DNA from: Camelus ferus
Lineage: Eukaryota
Assembly (NCBI RefSeq): GCF_009834535.1
Contig: NC_045710.1
Location: 4,154,001-4,218,000, forward strand
DNA: 64,000 bases
Reading direction: 5' to 3'
The position numbers and the translations under genes are program-made. Below are positions 35,346 through 47,958 of the stretch, in pieces. Position 1 is the first letter of the stretch. Every line of letters starts with the position of its first letter. Below the pieces are notes generated by a model. That model searched no databases and was not told the DNA's origin. It saw only the letters and a program-made list of their open reading frames with translations.

Positions 35346-38300
35346 ATGAAGGACGCTTGAGGCAACAGAAAAGCAGCACTGAGTGATCGCTGATGAAGGA
35401 GATCTTGATGGGGGAGAAAGAGACGGAAGTTTAAAGAAACGGAAATCCCCGTCTCCCTGGAGTCAGACACACGCGGGTTTGAGCCCCGGCTCCTCTGCTT
35501 ACAGACGCCGATACTGGGCCGGTTCCTCACGCCCCCGGGCCTGTGTTCTCTCCCCCGTACGATGGGAGTGACTGACACCTCTTAAGGTTCTTGGGGTGGT
35601 CTAGCTGGCTGACTCAGCTAGTGATCAACCCAGGGTCCTGAGACATCTGATCAGGGATTAGCTGGCATTAACAGGATGGTGAGGAATGTGTCAGCGTCTG
35701 CCTTTGTACCCTGTGTTTATTTTTTCAGCGGTTTCTCTGGCATTTTTGTGTGCTGATTTCAAGACATCTTTTTGCTATTAGATTGAGAAACACGGCCTGT
35801 GAGTCATGGCCCACTTTAATCTGAAAGAAGACGGGGCCTGTTTTCAGTGGGTGCTCGGTCAGACACTGGGGGTCTCATGTCTTTTAACACAGTAAACAAA
35901 CGGATGCTCCCAGAACACAGTCTTCTGCAAAATGTGCGCAGAGGCCTGCTTACAGCATAGGACGTCCACTCCTGGGTGGCCCTCACCAGACGTGCGGGGT
36001 CCTGGTTGATAGATGCAAGCGGTGTTATGTTTAGAGTCGTGGACGTCCCCTGGGGGTGTATCACAGCAGCTCTGATTGTGTTTTGTAAACCCTCTCTCAT
36101 CAAGTGCTTCTCTGCACAGTAGTGTGTGTTTTCGGCATTTTATCAGTTTATGGCTTTCCAGTGTCCTCCGGAGACTCGGTCTAGACAAACTTCTTTATAA
36201 AAAGTAAACTAATGATTGTGTTGCTCAGGTTTTGATTCTTTTCTTTCTACACCTATGACTGGCTGTAAGACACGTATCACCCAGACAGGCAAACGGCGGG
36301 AACAACAGTGACTCTTACTGAGCTGGTGCTGTGTGCTGGAAATCATGCGAGGTGCTTCTGTGTAGCTTCTGTCGCAAAAGCCCAGCAAGATGGGCACTTC
36401 CTTTCTGCAGTCGCGGGAGCTGTGGCCCAGTCTCACCGTGGAACGGGCCGGCGCCTCTGCCCGGAGGGCAGGGTCCAGGAGCCTGTGTGGCTCCTCCTCG
36501 TGCTGCGCCCAGCCCCAAACAGGACTTCCATTTCCAGTTACCTCCCAGCTGAGGACAGTCACGGTAAGGGGTGCAGCACCCCACTAATCCACAGCGCTGA
36601 CTCCCCAGATGCATGCGCGGGTGCAGGCCTGATGGAGGCTCCGTGCGACCCCCGCTCTTCCTCTGCCCCTCCCTCGTTCTGGGGAGCAGGCGTGTTGGTT
36701 TTGACGTTTGCCTCTGAAACCTCTGTCATTTTAGGCCTTAAAGGGGCTCCAAGCCTGGGCGCATCCTTGCTCGGTTCTCTGGAGCTCACTCCATCATCAT
36801 GGCATTGACGACACACAGATGATCTGAGAAAGATCTAAGTTCAGGGCCTCTGTGGTTACCGGGAGCCTGGGCAGGACAGAGGGGTACAGGCAGGGCCCTG
36901 GATCGGAGGCCCCGACGCTGCAGGGGCCACGTGAAGTCCGAGCGTCTGTTCAGTGCTCCTGACAAAGTGATGGGAAATGGGTCTGTTTGAGGGTGATCTT
37001 GGTTTCTGGTTTTTAAAGGAATTTTGTCTAGAGCCTTTAGTGAATGAAATATCCTGGTTTGCTAGAGTGGTGAGAATTACACGTTTAGATCACGTCGTGA
37101 TGTACAGGTGGAGCGTACGCTATTTTCCACGTTGTCTTCTAGACTCTTCCTCTTGTGTAACATTCGTAGGACCCCACGATTTGTAGAACCTCCCTGAATT
37201 GCAGGTCGGGAGAGCGAGGCTGGCAGAGAGAGGGGCAGACTTGTGCTTGGCGCCTGCTCACTCGCTCCTGACCGCTGTGCGTCCTTATAATGAGACGGGC
37301 TGTGCATCTTGGGGGCCGAAGAGCCTTGGCAAACAGCTCACGCGCTTTCCGTGGTGCGTTGTTCTGACGCTCAGGCTACAGCAGGGTGATTCTGCTGGTG
37401 CTATGACCCCGGTGTGTGCGGGGGCTGCGGTTGAAACTGGGCTTAGAGATGCTGGTGGGATGTTTTACTTCGCTGGCCTTTCATGGGAAGGGCTGGTTGC
37501 TGTGCTCCTCGAGTTCTGACGTGAGCACGTCAGAGTCTGTCTCAGGCTGGTTTGGGAGCGAGCTTACCTGGGAAAGGCCATCACTTTTCTTTCCTTTGTT
37601 TACTGTGTGCGTTTCAAGGAAGTACAGGGTTTCCAAGACTGGTGGGCAGTGAAGTTGGCCGCGTGAACTCCGCTTTGTGTCTACCGCGGATCTGTCTGAG
37701 TTACTTCAGGTGTTCAGCTGTGTCCCCAGGTGGGGAAGGGTGGGAGTACGCGTTTGCCTGGTGAGTGAGGGGTCGCTGAAGGAGGATGGGTGTGTGCACC
37801 TGGGTCCTGCGTGCGGCGTGCAGGGGCATCTCCGAGTCAGGCGAGGCTGCACTGGGATCTGGGCTCCACCCTTGCTGTCTGGGTCAGCTGGCAAGTTCCT
37901 TCTTGGTGGTGACCCAGTTCTCACATGTGGACGATCGTCCTTTCCTGCAGGAATGTCTTAAGGAGCACATGAAGCGGAGGAATGGAGACGACCGGGTACA
38001 GAGCCCGCCATCTGCTGTGCGTTCGAGGGGCACGGCTTCCCGGCCTCCCCTGCGGGCTCTGTGCGTCCCATTGGGCTCACTGGCCTGGCATTGGCTGAGG
38101 TCGTGCTCAGGGACGCAACCCACATCTTTAGTCCTGGTGCAGAAGAGGTACCCCGCAAATACTTGCTGAGTGAATCAAACCCCTAATTTGGGGGCTGCTA
38201 TGGCTACATAGCAAAGATACAAAAACCAGACTGGAACAATGTGCTTGATTTGACTTAAAAAATTTTTTTTTATGCATCACTGCTCCTTCAGCCTTAATGA

Positions 38301-38369
38301 AGGAAGTAAAGATGTTTAAAGATACTTCTCTTTTTCTCTCTCTCTCTCTCTCTCTTTTTTTCCCCCCAG

Positions 38370-38474
38370 TGCCTGAAACAGTATGTGGAGCTCTTGATCA
38401 AAGAAGGATTAGAAACTGCAATCAGCTGCCCGGACGCTGCCTGCCCTAAGCAGGGCCACCTGCAGGAGAACGAG
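38370..38474 (+). CDS. RNF144A: RNF144A coding exon 2 (aa 46-80, end of RING1)
   Basis: (CT)n/T tract ...tccccccag|TGC. Translates CLKQYVELLIKEGLETAISCPDAACPKQGHLQENE. 105 nt, ends at the non-canonical donor GAG|gcacgt. Confidence 0.96.
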
Positions 38475-38609
38475 GCACGTGCCGCTGGAGAAGTGGGGTT
38501 TGAGTGCTCACGTGTGGTATCGGGGGTCGTGGGGTCTGCCCAGGGTGACTGGGCATGGCGTTCTTGCCCTCAGAGAGTCAAACTCCTTTCTTCTATTTTT
38601 TCCCCTTAG

Positions 38610-38670
38610 ATTGAGTGCATGGTTGCAGCCGAAATTATGCAAAGATACAAAAAGCTACAATTTGAAAGAG
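38610..38670 (+). CDS. RNF144A: RNF144A coding exon 3 (aa 81-101)
   Basis: Acceptor ttttttccccttag|ATT. Translates IECMVAAEIMQRYKKLQFER plus G of a split codon. 61 nt, donor GAG|gtaggt, phase 1. Confidence 0.97.
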
Positions 38671-41600
38671 GTAGGTGACCCGGTGTAGGAGTCAGTTCGT
38701 TCCAGTTCCTGTGACAGAATCCGGGTCCCCTGGGCGGTGCTTTTGGTGGCTATGATTGCACATCATTTGGCTACAGCAGAAGTGAAAACAATGATGTAAA
38801 CTAGGCTTCTGAAGTCGGGCTGTCATGCGAGTTCTCTGCGGAGCCCACGTTTGGAAGGCCTCTCTGCTGGGGACCCGGGGTAGCAGGAAGGATGCATGAA
38901 ACAAGTTGAGTTTGGGATTTGGGCTTAGGGGTTGGTTTAAAGAGACCCTCTTGGGGATTATTCATCAGCCAGGTTGAGGCTTAAGAGTTTGAGGACTAGC
39001 TCTTAGGACTTCACAGAATTTGAAAGATTCAAAGGCATGGTGGAGGTTCCCAGGTCAAGCTTGGTGGACAATGCCCACCATCCTGACTGCATGTCCGCTA
39101 CCCTCTCTGTCCACCCGAGCAGGCCTAGACCAGGCGGTGCTGAGCCCATATCTCACTAAGTCTCATGACAGCCCGACAGTCTATTACCCTGACACCCGCA
39201 GAGGCTAACTGATGCGCCCTGATCTCCATCTCTAGTGGGTGGTGGGGTGAGGTGTGGACCGGGCCCCCCCGCACCTGGTTTTCCAGGTGCACAGAGCACT
39301 GCAGACGTCACGGTCGAGAGGGCCTCACAGAGCACTGGCACACGAGGACTGTCCTGGACAGGTCTCTCTCTCTGCTCTCACAAGTGTGCTAGGAGCAGGG
39401 TGTCGGAAGAGTCTGTGGATTCTGACTGGCCTTGTTTTCATATACATTCTGGACCGTGGGCTCATCTGAAAGGAAGCAAAATAACAGACACACATGCATG
39501 ACGCTACTTGTGGGAAGTTTTGTGAGGATACCCCATCTGGATTCTAAAATTTTCAGCTTGCTTTGTGATCACTGAAGTCTACCCTCCCCTATTCCCGGAC
39601 TGGTTCTCAGTCCTCCCCTGGGTCTGGCATTTATCAGACATGCAACCCTGTGCAACCCTGGGCTGCGTGTTTACAGGAAAACCCCCTTAGGGTAGGGATG
39701 GAATGTGAAATAGACCAGAGGAAAGGGTCCAGAGACTCTGGGTTTAGCTGAATGTTCAGTTTTCTTTTTCTTTTTTTCTTTTTTTTAAAAGAAATGCTAA
39801 AGATAGCTGCATTTCCTCTTGAGGCTCACTTCTCAGGAAAAAAAAAAGCAATGCATTGTCGACTTAAAAAGAAAAATCAAACAGGATTTTTTATGGCATT
39901 GGAATTTGTTTTCAAGAGCTTATTTATTTAAATGCCCTAAATCTTTTGGTTTGGGGCAGTTTGTAGCTGAAATATAATACCGTGTGATAGGAGAGTCAGT
40001 GTGTGGAGCTATAAAATTGATTAATTTGGATTTCTGAGACTTTGAGCCTCCTCTGAAAACATTTTCCAGAGAGAATCTTGACAGAATCTGGCTGTTATTT
40101 GGGTTACAAGAAAATGAACTTTCTATGACATTGAATTTAAAAATGCAGCTGGGTAAATGTTCTTACCTAATGATTTTAACTTGTTATTTCTTCAGTACTT
40201 TGGCTTTAGTCAAAGAAGGTTTTTTTTTTTTTTCTTTCGCATAATAATGAAGCCAACTTGACTTAGGTTAAAAAAATACCTCTCAAACCCGTCACTTTAA
40301 AACATTTTGCTAACATTATGCTAAAAGCAACAGAAAACACAAAATAGACTCAGACTTTAATGAGACCAAAGAAATGTTAAAATGTTAGAGCTGAAGCACA
40401 GCCATTGATTTCAGTTAGTCACGGAGCAAATTGTGAGACAGGATCAGTGAAGCATATTTTGACTTGCTCCTCAAAGGACAACCATGCTTAAGAAAGAAAA
40501 GACCTTTTTTAAAGAGTCCTGGGCTGTTTGATACATAGGGCTGTTAGGGCCCTGCTTCATTCATCTACTGTGAATAGATCTTTGGGAGGTGGAGCCAAGA
40601 TTAGTGTCCCAGAAACACTGCCTTGTTTGAAAATATATTCAAATATGTGCATATACGAATGCTAGATACAATACTTATAATACATCACAGTGTGTAAGAT
40701 ACAGTGTACCTAATGTGTAGCATAAGATACATACGTGACAGACAGACAGACAGGCAGGCAGAGATAGATGTGCAAACGTACATCCTGGAAAGGAAAACTC
40801 CAGTGTTGCCCGGTGTGGATTTTCTTTTTGACGGAGTCCCGCCTTGCACACCAGCTGGCAGGATTCAGCAGCGGGGTGATGCTGTGGAGTCTTAAAGACG
40901 TCCTCGAGCACCGCCCGGGCTCTGTTCATGGTGGGGGGGGGAGATGTGTGCAGGCAGCTGGGGGAGGGTGTCCTGGGCTGGCAGAAGGGTGGGGCGGAGG
41001 CTTTGCCCTCTGCCTCTCCCATGGGGGATCTCTCCCGTGGGGACGGGCGGTGCCACGTCGCAGCTCCACGAGGACGTAGGTCACACAGTTTAGGTCGTTA
41101 CCGTGGAGACCTGAACGAGGTCTCCTCTGCCCTGCGCTGCATAATTGGGCCTCCCACGGTTGGCAGCCCACCAGCTACACGTGCTGTTCTAGGAGGAGCG
41201 GACGGGTGACGGAGCCAGGCCTGGGAAAGGCAGGAAGGGGCCTTGGGAAAGCTGGTCCTTTCCTGATGTCACAGGCTCCTCAGCGCAGAAGGAAGTGGGG
41301 GGGGGGGGGAGTGGGAAGGGAAGGGTCTCAGCTGGGCAGGGCTGTCCCTTTAGGCGTGCAGATGGGCCAGTGCTAAACTCCCTGTCCAGCTGGCGAGGAA
41401 GCGGACCCGCTGCAGGTGTCTGCACGGCTCGCGCCTGTTTGCACGCCAAGTGCCCACATCCTGCAGAGCTGTCCCGGGGTGCCGAGCACACTGGGGCCCT
41501 GCTGAAGCCGGGGTGCAGCCGGGCTCACCCTTCGCACACCCGCCCGGAGGCAGGGCCAGTAGAGAAACCCCTGAGGAGCAGAAGCAGATGGCGGAGGGGG

Positions 41601-42086
41601 AGGACTGCCAGGGAAAAGGCACAGGACAGCCGGGGGACCGGCCTCTGGCGTTTCCTCCCAACGCTGGGCTCTTCCCAGTGCCCTGGAAGGACCCCGTGCC
41701 CCAGCCTCCCCTGCAGCCCCCCTCCGCCTTTCTCCTGCCCACTCAGCTCGGGGAGCCACAGGGAGCTGTCCCCACACGTGTGCCTCTGAGGCCACAGCTG
41801 CATTTTCCCACAAAACCACCTCCTTGGGTGTGACAGCCAGGAACATTCTCAGAAAACCAAACACTGTGACTCTCGGCTCAGGACAAGAACTCCTTTTACT
41901 CATTCACTCTCCGTTAGGCTCATGGGAAAGATTCTAGATTACTACCATGAAAATCAATTTAAAAGTATCAGATTTTTCTGAATGCCAGACTTCCTCTGTA
42001 TTCTCAAGTCTTCTAAACCTTCTGCCAGACCCACCACTCTGATACTTTTGTGCTATTGATTAATTTGCCTTAAAAAGAGATTAGAT

Positions 42087-42272
42087 CAGAAGTTGGCCAA
42101 CCATGGCCAGTGGGCCAGGCAGCCCGGCCCCCGGCCTTGCATTGTAAATAAAGTTTTATGAGAACAGTCATTTACAGGTCAACACGCTGCCTTTGTGCCG
42201 TGACAGCAGGGCTGAGCAGTTGGGCAGAGTCCTCATGGCCCTCAAAGGCTGAGATGCCACCGTCAGCCCCTG
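42087..42272 (+). mobile_element. MER58-type hAT-Charlie DNA transposon (MITE)
   Basis: CAG...CTG termini, internal ttgtaaataaagttttat, and an 8-bp hAT-type TSD gattagat / gactagat (42079-42086 / 42273-42280). Confidence 0.75.
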
Positions 42273-43433
42273 GACTAGATGAGGAGATGGCTTTTGGTCA
42301 GGTTGTACCTGACTCGAGCTGGTTGGTAGAGGGCTGAGTCTGACTCCGCCTTTGATGGGGCCTGTTGAGGTGTGGCCTGGCCCGCCGGCAGCCCGTGACA
42401 GCCCCAGCCTGTTGGAGGTCCCAGTGCCTATAAAGCCCATCTCCACGTGGGTGAGCCAACCCAGCCTGGCTGTCACAGGGCCTAGAAGCCTGCCGGCATC
42501 TTTTATGGCTTCCAAGTTCCCGGTGCGGTGCAGATGATTCCTTCTCGAGAGCAACCCTGCTGAACAGCGTAGATTCAGTGGCCAGCTTGGACGCCCTTGG
42601 AACACCCCGTGATCCTCTGGCCTCCACTGCAGTCTGGCGCCACGTCAGCACCCGTGGGGTTTCCTGTCCATCTCTCCCGCCCATGGCCCAGCATTGAGAA
42701 TCCTGTCATGGAAGAGGGTCCACGGAGCCAGTAACCAGGCTCACGAGAAGGGCGGCTCGGGACCGTTGTTCAAAGAAACGCGAGACGTGAAGGCAGATGT
42801 GAAGGCGTGGGAGTGTCAGGGCATCCTGTTAGTCAGAATGAACTTCCTAATTTCATTAAATCCGGCTTCTTAGTAATGGAGGCCCCGCTTCAGAGGGAAA
42901 GCCTGCTGCTGAGGAATGAGTTTCCCACAGTCCTCTGTTCAGGGCTTAAATTTAAATTTGGGAGGGAGACAGTCGTAGGCGGGCGAGACCTTTGATGAGA
43001 ACAGCCGGCACCCTGTCCTTCTCTTTCCACCCTTAACGCACATTTAGAAGCGCCCGCCGCTGCCCCACCCCGGGCCCGGTGGGGGTGCTCCGGGCCTGCA
43101 GACGGGCCCGACTGAGCGGAGCTGCATCCCAGGGCGGGCAGGCGAGGAGGCAGGAGGCAGTGCCTGGACCGCCAGGCCTCCAGGATGCGGGCGCGCGAGC
43201 TGCAAGGACTCGGGGGCTGTTGGGGACCTGGGTGGGGTGGGCAGTGGGGACTGGCTGGAGCAGAGGAAAGAGCCCAGCGGCCCCAGGTCCCCACAAGTGT
43301 CCTTTGTCTGGTCTGGATGGTTTGTTCTCCCTTAAGTATGTGAAGCCGTGCGCCCGCATGACCGTCAGTCCGAAGCCCGCCAGACCCTCTGTCCTGCAGA
43401 GTCTGACCTGCCCGTTTTTTCTCCTTGTGCCAG

Positions 43434-43641
43434 AGGTGCTCCTGGACCCGTGCCGGACTTGGTGCCCAGCATCCACCTGCCAGGCCGTGTGCCAGCTGCA
43501 GGAGATGGGGCTGCAGACCCCGCAGCTGGTGCAGTGCAAAGCCTGCGACACGGAATTCTGCTCCGCCTGCAAAGCCAGCTGGCACCCCGGCCAAGGCTGC
43601 CCTGAGACCATGCCAGTCACCTTCCTTCCCGGGGAGACCAG
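43434..43641 (+). CDS. RNF144A: RNF144A coding exon 4 (aa 101-170, IBR domain)
   Basis: Acceptor ttttttctccttgtgccag|AG. Translates (E)VLLDPCRTWCPASTCQAVCQLQEMGLQTPQLVQCKACDTEFCSACKASWHPGQGCPETMPVTFLPGET(S). 208 nt, donor CAG|gtacgc, phase 2. Confidence 0.98.
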
Positions 43642-44459
43642 GTACGCTCGGCGCCCAGGCTGCCGCGGAGGCGGGGCTGAGGGCTGGAGAGGAAGCAGGC
43701 TTCCCCCAAAGGTGCCTCCGTCCGCCTCAGCAGACGCTCTCCTCTTGAGCTTCATTCAGACCTGGGTTGGTTTGTTTGTTATTTATTTTTGAGAACTGAT
43801 TATGTGCCTGGCACTGTACAAGGCTCTGGAAACATAAAGATACGTAAGAAGCCGGGTGCGCTCTGCCTATCGAGAAAGACCCACGTACGAACGGTCAGTT
43901 ACTATGCACAGGTGTAAGTCCTGTGATGCGTGGAGTTTTCCAAGGCTGTTGAAGGTGATCTGGAATCGGGGTGCAGGAGCAGGAACCCGGGGAGGCGGGC
44001 AGTGGTTAGAACACAAGAAGGATCGCCAGACGCAGGTCCCGGGGGCCTGAGGCCAGGTGGGGACCTGTCAGGAAGGCTTCAGTGGGAAGTCACTGAAGCA
44101 ACTGTGCCCCCCGTCTCCCTGCCAGACCCTCAGACCGGATGCCCAGGTGAACGCTGCGCATCCTTCTGGGTGCCTTGAAATTTGGTAGGTTGAGCTGTAA
44201 GAAATTGGTAATACTCAGTTTTTTTGTCCTACGATATCTGCAGGGCGTCTGGCTCAATTAGACGGAGGTGTCCCAGCGCCTGTTGAGGTCACATTCCTGG
44301 AAAAGGACCTCCCACCACCCACCCAAAGGGCCGCCCGCAGCAGCCTGTCTCCTCTGCCCGCATCCTGCTGCCCCCGCCCAACTCCCCGCAGCTCAGCCTG
44401 TGCACAGGGACCTTCTTGGCGACCTCGGGACACATCCCTGTTCCCTCTCGTTCCCGCTT

Positions 44460-44760
44460 TGTGCCTGTGCCTGGAATGTCCCTTCTCTGCCCTCCTGCTT
44501 TCCCTGGAGACTCCTTGCCCTTGAAGACATGGCTCACGTCCCCCCCGCTTTGTCGAGCTTCCCAGTTCCCAGGGCAGGGCTGGTGACCCACCCTCTGTGT
44601 CCCGCTGGAGATCACCTGTGTTGATGACAACACCAGCCTGGTGGGGTGTTAGTTCATGCGTTTATGTGTCCGGTTCCTCCACTAGGCTGAGCTCCTGTGT
44701 TTGAACACTGACACCCCAGATCTGGGCATACAGCAGGCGCTCAAATGCTAGAATGATCAC
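44460..44760 (+). mobile_element. L2 3'-end fragment
   Basis: gtgcctggaatgtcccttc...tctgggcatacagcaggcgctcaaatgctagaatga resembles the L2 terminus. Confidence 0.5.
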
Positions 44761-47169
44761 TTAACTTATACTCAGGGTCTTGATCCTTCATAATTTGCGA
44801 GAAGAACCACACTCCGTGTGTCGGGTCACACATAACTGGGAGGGCTGGGTTTCCAGGCGGGGGCAGGAGCACTGAGGGGGCAGGCGGGGGCCATGCACTT
44901 GTGAAGCAGTCAGGGTACTGCTAAGGGGAGCCCCCGTGAAGCAAGGGAGGGGCTGAGAAACAGGGAAACTAGGAGTCAGAAAGCGCCAGTGTCCCATTCC
45001 TGGGTGGGACAGTGGAGGGACCCATAAAACCTTAAGTGCTGGGTGCCTAGGGAGTTAGTATTTCTTCATCCGAGGTGTCCTGGTCTCATGTAGGTCCTTG
45101 CTCAAGGGCGGCAGTTATGTCATAACGTACGCGTGGTTAAATCATCCGTGATGCACCTCAGAAAGAACAAGAACAAACAAAATGAAAAAAAAATCAGGTT
45201 GTGTGCTAAGAAACAGAAGGGCAATTTCTATACAAGTTCACAAATCTCATTTTGTGAAAATTTAAAAACAAAAGATTTGGCATAAGATCCTGAATTTCTA
45301 GCTTATCCAGCTGCACGGAGCTGCGTTCCCACCTGCAGACAGTCGGCTGGAGCTGGCAGCAGCCCCCTCTTTAGAAGGGCCTTTTGCACCTTTACTTTGC
45401 CACAGTCCTCACCACTCCCTCTTGTCTCCCTGGTCCCGAGGCTGACTGTCCAGTGTCACTTATAACTAACTGAGCGCACCCTCAGCTAGTATCATATAGT
45501 AAGTGTTTTCCCTCTAAGTTAAATCTTCCCTTAAACTCCGTTTCCACCCTTCAGCTGACCAGCTTCATGCATTTCTGTTGTGTGTTTGCTCCTTAAAGCG
45601 TTAGAACCTGTAGGTTGTGATGAAATGGTCAAAGGACTCCTACCTGCCTTCACAAATTTGAGCTGACAGAGTTGTTACTAATCATCATTTGAAATTTAAT
45701 CCAGGTACCAGAAAGTGTTTAAAAACCATCGTCTCTACCATATACATTTCATGCTGCAGTGCACCAGAACTTCCATATTTTAACTGTCTCTGCTTGAAAA
45801 GTCTCCCTGACAGACGCTTTTCACTGTCCACTGCCGCTGCATCTGCTCATGGCCTTTCCTTCAAAATTAGCTTGTGAGTCATGTGGGAAAATTGGTTTCC
45901 TTATTTTAAGGTCCCACCTGGCTTTCGAACCACAACGATGTTATCTAACCCGATAGTCGGCCTCAGTCACGGGCCTGGTGCCTCCCGACTTCGGCTCTTG
46001 TTAGAGGTCAGACTCCTTTCAGGGGGACGTGGCTTGTGTCTGTAGGGGAGTGGACTTGTGCCCTTCCCCGTGGAGACACCTTGTATGGGTTGTGACAACC
46101 CCGACTTGTAAATCACATTCTGTGCAGCCAGTCTGACCTCTCATTTGCTGCTAAATTAGAGGTGGTTTTGAGCAAGAGACAGTTTTACAATCTTTCAGTA
46201 ACAGCATCAACCAGGACCAGCACTTAGGGAGTGATTCCTGTGCACGCGCTGGTGTCTGCTGTTTTCATACCCCTCTGAGCTGGGCGCGGTTTGCCTTGTG
46301 TCTGGGGACACGGAGGCTGACAGTATGCACACAGCACGGCCTGGACCCGCATGTCTGCCTCCAGATGCCCCAACTCCGAGGCCGCACTGCTTCCCTGCAG
46401 CGCATCTTAACCGGTCACCTTGTGCCAGGGAGCGAAACAGAGCCCCGCTGAGCTGGGGCACACGCCTCGCGGGCCGGAGCCTGGCACTCCGGGAACCCCG
46501 TGGGTGTGGTCGGCGGGAAGCCCTCTAGTGCTCAGACGACGCGTGTAAAGGGTGCTGGGTCTAACCCTTCCGTTCACTGTGGCGCTTGTGGAAGGTCCTT
46601 CAGCGCGAATGCACTCGAAACGCCAGAGTTGGGGCAACCGCAGTGAATTTGTACTCGTGAACGCATTAGGTTCTGAAAAGCCTGCTCACCCCAATGGGAA
46701 GTCATTTTTCTCCTGGGGACACTGAGTGGATGCAGTGAGTTCAAACAACATAGCAAATGTGCCCCATAATTAGCAATAACTGCCCTTCACTGCTGCTTCT
46801 TTCAGACGATTCCATGCACATTTTTAGCTGTCTCTTTAGAATTAACAGCATGAGATGGACGTCCTTCTGCAGGCATACCTAAAACGGTGCCTAGGTCACC
46901 ATTTCATGAGCCACAGAGAATCACTGCTACCGTTTATTTGGCACTCGGCTCATGCCTGCTACTGCCCTGCGCTCTTCATCCGAACCGTCCTTCAGGCTCC
47001 CACTGACGGGGAGGCTGAGGCCCAGAGAGGCTGCTCCACGCCGGTGCGCACCGGCGCTTGACCCCAGGCTTAAATCCCGTCATGCTCACCACAGTGGGGC
47101 CTGCCCAGACCTCTCGGGAAAATGATTTCGTAAAGACAAGCCAAGTAGGTCTTACTGAGCGATTGGTAC

Positions 47170-47196
47170 GTGTTTGTGTGTGTGTGTGTGTGTGTG
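47170..47196. repeat. (TG)n microsatellite
   Basis: gtgtttgtgtgtgtgtgtgtgtgtgtgt. Confidence 0.9.
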
Positions 47197-47564
47197 TTAA
47201 CATTTCTTTTCTGATAATAGCAAAGAACATATAATTTACTATCAACTCTTTGGAAAGCATACAAATATATGAATGAGGACATAAGATTTGGCCATAATCC
47301 CACTACTCAGAGATCTCCACTGTAAGCCTTTTGCCCTATTTCCTTTGCATATCTAAATGTAGATTTTAGATTCCCCCCCCCTCCAAGTCAGACTGGCTGA
47401 TTCACAGGTTTTTGGTGATTGAGATTCTTTGCTTTCGACTTTTCATTAAGTAACACGCGACCTCAGCCGCGCTAGTGCGGCTAATGCGCCCAGCGTAGCC
47501 GGTGCAGGCAGGCCCCTCCCGGGCCCCTCGGAGCGAAGCCCTGACGGAGTCTCTCCCACAGCAG

Positions 47565-47712
47565 CTCTGCCTTCAAGCTGGAGGGGGACGACGCGCCCAT
47601 CAAGCGCTGCCCCAGGTGCAAGGTGCACATTGAGCGGGACGAAGGCTGCGCCCAGATGATGTGTAAGAACTGCAAACACGCCTTCTGCTGGTACTGCCTG
47701 GAGTCCCTGGAC
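47565..47712 (+). CDS. RNF144A: RNF144A coding exon 5 (aa 170-219, RING2/Rcat with Cys198)
   Basis: Acceptor ctctcccacagcag|C. Translates (S)[49 protein letters not shown]. 148 nt, donor GAC|gtgagt. An alternative acceptor lies at 47562. Confidence 0.97.
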
Positions 47713-47958
47713 GTGAGTACGCGCTGCGGCTGTGGGCCGGGCTGGCTGGGAGGCGGGCGCCTCCACTTCCTGGTGGCCGAGGGGGTGTTCCTGTGCTACA
47801 GGAGGAACGTGTTTATTCTGTACTTGTGGAATTACTCGCTCACAGGCTGCGGCGGTATCTGAGGATGGGACTTCGGGCCGGGGTTCTGGGAGTGAAGGGT
47901 CCGCCTGGGCATCAAGGGGTGGATGGGATCTCAGGATCTTAGGTTTGGTCAGTGGGGA

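Noticed and set aside
42890-43792. 234-240 aa ORFs around 43 kb on both strands
   Set aside because: These are read-through or antisense shadows of RNF144A coding exon 4 in GC-rich sequence. Only 43434-43641 is supported.
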